Shown piece by piece: positions 56,920-64,000 of a stretch of DNA of 64,000 bases. This DNA is from Amphiscolops sp. MND2022 (lineage: Eukaryota). A model generated the notes under the pieces. The model was not told the origin of the DNA. It saw only the letters and a program-made list of their open reading frames with translations, and searched no databases. Positions within the stretch are counted from its first letter, which is position 1; the number at the start of each line of letters is the position of its first letter. The stretch lies in NCBI GenBank assembly GCA_964187785.1, contig OZ076409.1, positions 45,758,001 through 45,822,000 on the forward strand, given 5' to 3'. Both the position numbers and the translations under genes were made by a program.

Positions 56920-59900
56920 GAATTTTTGTAAAAGAGGGAATGTTTAATTGTTTCTGTAACGCAGTTTATCAACTCGGGTTTTACAGTGAAACGTTAACAA
57001 AGTAATTTGTAAAATCGTAGATCAAGATAATTGTGTCTTTAAGACCCGACTTGGGTATATATACCCGAGTAGGCATGACATTCAGAATTATTATGGTAAT
57101 GTTGCTAAAAATTGATTGAATCTAAAAATTGCTAAATTTTATAATTCTAAATATAGAACATAATGTCACTTTTGTTTATTGTTGTGGCACCATCAAGGTC
57201 TGTGGCAGTTAGCACGAAAAAGGGAGGGACGTGTGGCCCAATACAGCAAGTAACATGAAGTAAAAGAACAGCATCGATTTTACATGATGGTATTTCATGC
57301 ACTCTACGACCCACCCGGCCAATGGCCTTGTTTGTCTTTTCAAGATCTGATCAATGGAGGGGTCTAAAATGACTGTATCAGTTATATTCCATAGTAACGG
57401 CGGTAATAGAAGGTCTTTGTTTACATGCAAATAGTCTGGCTTCGATAATTCTCTGTTTCATTCATTATTAAAGCGTCATGCCTGTCCCTGCTAGTTCATT
57501 GTTATTACTGCACTACAAATCAAAGCTCAACAGTGATTAAATGCAAGGCTGTGATTGGCCAATTCGCCAAAGACGGCATTGCCAGCTTTACTGAGCAGGC
57601 AGACATCCCTTTTTGCCTGTCAGTACAGGTTGCTGTCAAATATTATAATACAATACTACATCAACTGCATTTACATGTTTTGAACGTGGTAGAGAGTATT
57701 GAAAATACATTTAGAGTTCAAAGGAAAATATCGTTGAAAGTTTATAAGTTTTCATTGTAATGGCAGCGTTCCTGGTAGGGCGATCGGTCGGTTCGGGTCG
57801 ATGGTATATAAGTTACCATCACAGGTGGTAGCCTGGGACAGCATGTATATATTGTTTTGTAATATCGTTGTCCTAATTCAGTTTCCATTTACTGAAAACT
57901 TTATCAGAAGTTTGATCAACTTCATCAGTTTTTAAATTGACTTCAGGTTTGATCAATAACAAAGGTGGGCTGTTAGCAAATAGCAAAGCAACAGGATGCT
58001 CTATTGAACTTTCATGATATTCTATACCAAAACCTTTTCATTATAGTTAGCAGGAGCAACATTGAACACGGAGGTCTAAAACGGAACGACAATTTTGGCC
58101 AACTACTCCTCCTTCCAGGATTTTACTTCACGTCATATCCCAAGTTGAAACTGCTTGAAACTTTTACATGAATTCATAGGCTGCCGAACATTGTTAGCAT
58201 GATTTTGGGAGTTTCACAGAAAATTATCAATGCTAAATAATTTCCCTGACGCAATGATATTTTTATTAGGTATCTAATAGGATTTCTGTACAATTTGGCA
58301 GGTTTTCAGAGCAACATCAAAGGAATTCAAGAAAAATTGCCCCGTGAAATTTTCCATGTTTTTGCATGCAAAACTTCAAATTATGTGAGTGCTGCGTGCT
58401 GCGAGACTTTCCATGTTTTGCGTGCAAAGCTTCAAATTCTGTGAGCCTGCGTGCGTTAATGTTGCATGTAAAAAGTTCCTGTAGTTTCGACCAGGGATTA
58501 TTCATAAATCATCAGAAGAAATAATGTTTTGTTTTCGTAGTTCAACAGCACATTTGAAGAAAGTGACCTTTTGAGCTTTATTGCACTTGTAAAATCGCCC
58601 GAAACTTTGATGAAAATTAAATACCCACGGAATTGTTTGTGGATATTAATATTTAATTGCAATTTTGTACGGTTTCCAATCATTTTCTTCAGACTTTTGC
58701 CTTTTGGTTCAAGTCTTGTTTTGAAGCTACCTTTACCGGAGAAGAAGGCGTAGTATTTGCAGTTGTAATTGTTCGGACATAAAGATTGCGGTTCAATTGC
58801 TGTTAAGTTCTCAGTTTAAGAATCTAATGTTAATAAACAAGAAGATGCCCGCTGAGCACCGGAAAGTTTTCCTCTCCGAACTATTCCAGTATTGGCAAAT
58901 CCTTAAGTCTCGAGTGTAGCAACGAAACTGCGAATTTATAGAAAAGTTTCAGATATTTTTAGCATCGTCTTTCTCGTAAAAGAGTATACTAATTGTTTTC
59001 ACACCCTAAAAACAACCGAAACCATGTAACCAGATCCATCTTATAGTCGAAAATTGAAAAAATTATGACGTCTCTTCATCCACTCCACGAAATCTCTCTT
59101 GATAATTTTCAATGTTTTCAAGCAGAATAATGCTAAGTACCATTGTTTGGTCATTCAATCCTGCGGAACCTCATATCTGAAGTGAAATCCGAAGTTCCAA
59201 TAACTATTACAGAAAATTGCTAAAAGTTCACATGCTGGGGAACTGCTGAAAACTGTCAAAAAATGGGACAAATCACAACACTTGTGGGGGCATGGTTGTT
59301 GAACTTTTTATCTTGCTACCCATACAACACAAGATAAGCACCGGGATATTTTCCGCTAATAATATAGTTACTAGTAAAGTAGTCAAGTAACTAAAAAATA
59401 GCCAAGTAACTAAGTTAAGTGGAGTGGAGATAAAGTGGAGTTTTGGCAGAATTTGGAAAAAGAAGGAAGCACAGATCATGATTTTTCGTTTATGTGGGCG
59501 GAAAAAATTATATTCATTAAAGCGAACTAAAATGGAACAGTCAGCAATTAACCATTGTTTTGTTACCCTAGTTGAAACGTCTTGGACTTTTCACAAGTTT
59601 TTGTAGGTTGCCAAGCTAATTTTTCATGATTTTATTAAATTCTTAAAGAAACATTCATGCATTATATTTCACTGATTCGATCTAATTTTTTGAAGTTGCA
59701 TGCTTAGAATAAGCATAAGATGCACCCCAAATTTGGCGGAAATTCCGGTCGCATTCATTTAGAAGCAGTTCTAATTTTGAAAGCAGCTGAGACTTCATTT
59801 CATCAGTCTACCGCGACTTCAAGGCAGTTAAACTTCAGTCCCATTATAAATCTCAGAGTATTCAGCGTGCTATTTGACTAACGGTGATTACATAAGGTAC

Positions 59901-60058
59901 TTACATAGAAAACTTAAGCGTGAAAACAAAGTTATCGCCACTCTGGGGAAATGAAAATATATTCAGTTTTGATTGAAATAGTGGAAGCTGATTGGTACCC
60001 TACAAAATTTTTCCATCTATGCTCACTGAATTTTTCATGTTTTGTAACTTGCACGTAA

Positions 60059-60765
60059 TGTAACGACGCACATCTAGGAAGAGGGACAATGCCTAGGATG
60101 CTTAAACTGGAGACCGTCGTCTTACTACATACCTAGACACTAGTTTTTGGTCCCAAAACGGTCTCCTAGGGGGACTTTTCTGACGTCTGAGGAGGCTTCT
60201 CAAAATAGAGCTCCGAAGCGACGCGCCGGCACTCTCAAAGTCCGGACACGCCCCACAAGCCTGAAAAAACAATTCCTAAGGTTTCTAGTACGTTCCTACG
60301 AGTTCCTACATACTTCCGAGGTCAAAACAGTGTTTAGCTGGAAAACATCGTATTTGTTGAATAAGATCTAAAAAGACCTAGAAGGTCATACATCATCCAA
60401 ATACTCCAAGGAAAATGGGGAAATATTAAAGAAAAACGGGGATAGGCCCCAATTACGTTACAGTTTTCAGTCCATCATCCATATTTTGCCTCTGGCAATG
60501 CTCTGCAGATGTTGTTGATTTCCCAAGGAGATGGCACAACATTCCGATAATCTTTCTGCTTATGTTTCTTCATCTTCTGGCAACTCTTCATCTTTTTCTG
60601 CAATTTTTTCACACGTGCTCTGTTTCTTGCTCGTTCTCCGTGTGGTCTCTCTTTTTGTTCATTCTTTTCGTACCTGCTAGGTCGGCCATTTCGATTCTTC
60701 TATTTTGACATCGCACATTTCAAATTTTTCATCGAAACTTTGTCATGCCAGTGGCTGACGTTACA
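60059..60765 (-). mobile_element. 3' LTR (707 bp) of an LTR retrotransposon extending past the window end; same family as 42107-46410
   Basis: tgtaacg...ctgacgttaca termini, sequence similarity to the 42107 and 45731 LTRs, and the same adjacent tcctccc..gggccgtagtttgtc segment. Confidence 0.88.
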
Positions 60766-61271
60766 TCCTCCCCGGGCCGTAGTTTGTCGTCCTCGGCAAA
60801 TGAGAGGTTGCTCATACCCAGAGGGTAATAGCAATGCTGAGAGTTTATTGATTACCTAAGGAAGGTTTCGTTTTTTCTTACTTGTTTCCCGTCAACCTCC
60901 AAATTTCCTGTCATTTTCTTGTTTATTAGTATTTGTCAGTTTTACGATAACTTAAAATGTTCGACAAAACTAGAAACACAACAGGCGATTTTAAAATTTT
61001 TATGCAGTTTTCACTGGTCTAAGTTAAATTTTTTTTCTAGAAAGTGTCCTTGCACTTCTCAAGTAACAGCATTCAGATCTTGGTAGTAGTAGTTAATTAC
61101 CAAACTGGAGAGGGTGGGCACTGGCTCAGGGCCCAACCACATCGTATAGTTTAACTAAAATTTTAAGCACATAATAAGTATTGCTTAGGAACTCAGTGTA
61201 CGTAGCACCAACTAAAATGAAATGGTCTACAACCATTAAGATAAAATTGTATTCGTCATTTGGTGGATGGA

Positions 61272-64000
61272 TCAGCATTGGTTACTGCTCTTGCACTCAT
61301 CATTCTGGTTCTGTTGCGAGTCCGAAACGGATGATGTTATTGCTGACTCCTGGTTCGTAGACGATTCCGCCACCAAGGGAGGACACTGCATGGAGTCGTC
61401 GATGGTGAGCAAATTATTCAGCTCTGACTCTATATCAGCGGCGTCCATTTGTGAGATTCCCGTCTCGGGTTGATTTCGGACAGGGGTTGCTCCGTCGGAT
61501 AACGTGAAATTATCGTCAGTCATTGGTTCATCGTGGGGCTTTATGGCGATCGGTAGATTCTCCTGATCTTCCTCCATTTGGGTTTCAGTTCCTTCCGAGG
61601 GTAACCCACTGCGTGTTGTCTGCTGTGAGCTGCCAGGTGCAGTCGCATTTGTTGCGCTGTTTTGGTGGGTGGTGCTTCCCTGTGGGAAATCAGGTAGGTT
61701 GTTGGCTAATTCTGGATGACCATACTGCACAAATAAATTTTTGAAGATTTAGATTCCACGTGCATAGTCTTCGCCAACAGAGTCTCCTCGTTCTTTCTGT
61801 CTGCTGTGCAGATTCAAGAATATTTCCAGCGCAGCGCGCGGATTGTTGGGGACGTCCGCACTGATTGGCAAAGCTTTTCTGTTCGGTTCTTTGGCCACCG
61901 AGGGCGTCTTGGCTTTCATGCGCAGCGATGTCTGGTGTACTGCGAGATCCACTAGGTCTGGTTTTGACCAGCATGTTGTCGTGTCTAGTATGCGAGCTGG
62001 GTGTGCGCGGGGACTAGTTCGGTCACAATACATTAGTGATGTGTCGCATACATAAGGGTATCGTAATTCGCTGGGCTCTTCCCCTCGCTTTCTGCGGTCC
62101 AATCTCCGAATTGTAGTAGCTATGATCCTCAAAATTACTTCGGAATTCCAATCCGTAAAAGAGTCCGCCGCGCCTGTACTTAGGTTCAGAGGGATATGTA
62201 ACTACACAATTGGTGGATGGAACTCCATTGGCATTGGGAGGGCGGATGGTGCACGTGCCCTTATGATGGAGGTAAAGTTGTGCTCAACTTGCTTCTTGTC
62301 TTTAATAATCGTGTAGGCCCATGGGCGGTCGCAGAGATGTTAAGCTGGCTACTACTCTGTGGTAGGTGGTATCCGGCTGGGGTCCATCTGTCGTTACGAA
62401 GTGTAATATGGACAAGGTGGGGGTGTTTGCCGCCATACGTAGGACTTGTGTTGGGTATCTGAGTGCCATGACTGCACGAAAGATTGGCCAGACCATGGGA
62501 GCGATTAGAGGCATCAGGTCTTCCGTCTCCACTTACATGAGAATGGCCGTTTGTGAGGGAAATAAGAAGCCAGGAAGTTGATTGGGTTCTCTGTTGATAG
62601 CAGGGTTTTCATCCAGAGGATGCATTATACCCGCAACGTTGACCCAGGTTGAGTAGATGCACGTGAGGATAGCTTCGATGTTGAGCTCCAGTTGTTTCTT
62701 CAGTTGTAGGGGACCCGCTGGGTCCAAGGCGCATAAAATCGCTTGCAGCCAACTTTTCTGATTCTGGGCGTACACCAGGTAACTGAAAAGCGACAAGTTT
62801 CCTTTGTCAAAGATCAGTTTCTGGAGAATACCTGAGGGTCTTTTGTAGACTGCGTGCATGCCGACAGCCATTAGATACGCCAAGATTTCACTTATGGTGG
62901 CTTTCTGCATCGCTTCCACGTATAGGCGCACTTGCTGGTCGTCGAGATTGAATTCGGCCTGGACGAAACTAGGGAGCCAGAATGGAGAAATGTTGTACAA
63001 GAGTACAGGGAATGGAATTTCTAGCCGCAGGGCGACTTGATTTAGAGTTTCACGCAAGGCTTGGTGCCAGGTTTGATATATGTCCCTGGGTTCTGTTTCA
63101 GTCTGTTTTGCCAGGTCTCGTGTCATCATTACCAGGAGTGTCAAGGTGAGGGACGCCAGCTCGAGCTTAGCATCTATTGCTATCGCTGCTATGGGGAACA
63201 CGGTAGTGTTGGTTCGATCTGCCTTGATCATCTCTATTTCCTTGAAAAGGGCTAGCAGCTCTTTATGGAATTTCGGATCGTGGGTTTTATCATCGAGGGT
63301 GGACTCGACTCTTCGTTCATACCAGAGGTTATCCACCAGGTGCTTCCGCTCGTTCTCATTGGGGTCATTTACCTTAAGTACACCATTATCGTCTAGGGAC
63401 CTGATCGACATTTGCATCCCATAGTCGTAGGCCGTCGCCTCGTCCACCATGAGTTGCGAATTCCCTCGGTATCCTGTATATCCTTGAACAGCTTTGGATA
63501 CTTCTGCCAAGAAGGCTGGATACGACGCTTCGCAGGGACGCCATGTCATGACGTTGATTCTCAGGTTCGGTGCCACGATGTAAAAGTGCAAATCTCTTGC
63601 GTAAGATGCTTCTAGCACCAAATACAAGAATTGTTGCCATGCTCTTGGGAGATGCATATACCCAGGGGGGGACACAAATACGGTTCCCGTATTTGGCTTC
63701 TTGTTCTTCGTCATTGTGGCAATGTGAGACATCGTTTCTACGTATGCCACAACTTCGTCAGTGATGAATCCTTCTGTGAATCGAGTGCTCTGCATGTCGA
63801 AATATCGCAATGATCCTCGCAGGGCGAGGTGGTCGATCACATTTGAATACACTAGGATTGGTGGAAGAGGTATGGTTTCTGCCGCCGCTGGCGTGAATAT
63901 TTTGTCGGTTACCTCCGCCATCTCGCTGAGCGTGGTGTGGTGCAGGGCATATTCATCAATCTAACATCCATCAGAGTAATATTGGAGTTGTATGAAGATT
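61272..64000 (-). pseudogene. Large unknown ORF (>900 codons in pieces, longest open part 62533-63921) in the 3' internal region of the LTR element
   Basis: Collinear ORFs 63921-62533, 62532-62302, 62132-61749, 61730-61272 separated by single stops or a frameshift. No RT, RNase H, integrase or protease motifs. Confidence 0.75.

Overview
AT-rich, repeat-dense animal (invertebrate) genomic DNA with one 200-N assembly gap (50099-50298). Three host genes lie on the minus strand: SANBR/KIAA1841 (8 coding exons, 30556-22787), an ALYREF/THOC4 with an intronless CDS and expanded RGG regions (15756-14764), and the first two coding exons of TAPT1 (10503-9472), which continues beyond the window start. 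The rest is mostly decayed or nested mobile DNA: three BEL/Pao LTR retrotransposons, a CR1/L2-type LINE split by one of them, an LTR family with TGTAACG...CGTTACA ends (one 4.3-kb non-coding copy; one copy with a large unknown ORF beside its 3' LTR), four CRE-like non-LTR fragments, a Penelope-like fragment and two families with Helentron/DINE-1 (HINE) architecture. The most unusual structures are a ~697-bp x 6.4 tandem array with alternating A/B variants, a ~700-bp fold-back encoding zinc-finger remnants just upstream of TAPT1, a decayed SGNH-hydrolase-like cassette bracketed by 50-bp direct repeats, and splice acceptors 1-8 nt before the ATG of all three co-oriented genes. All calls come from reading the sequence and recognising motifs; no searches were run.
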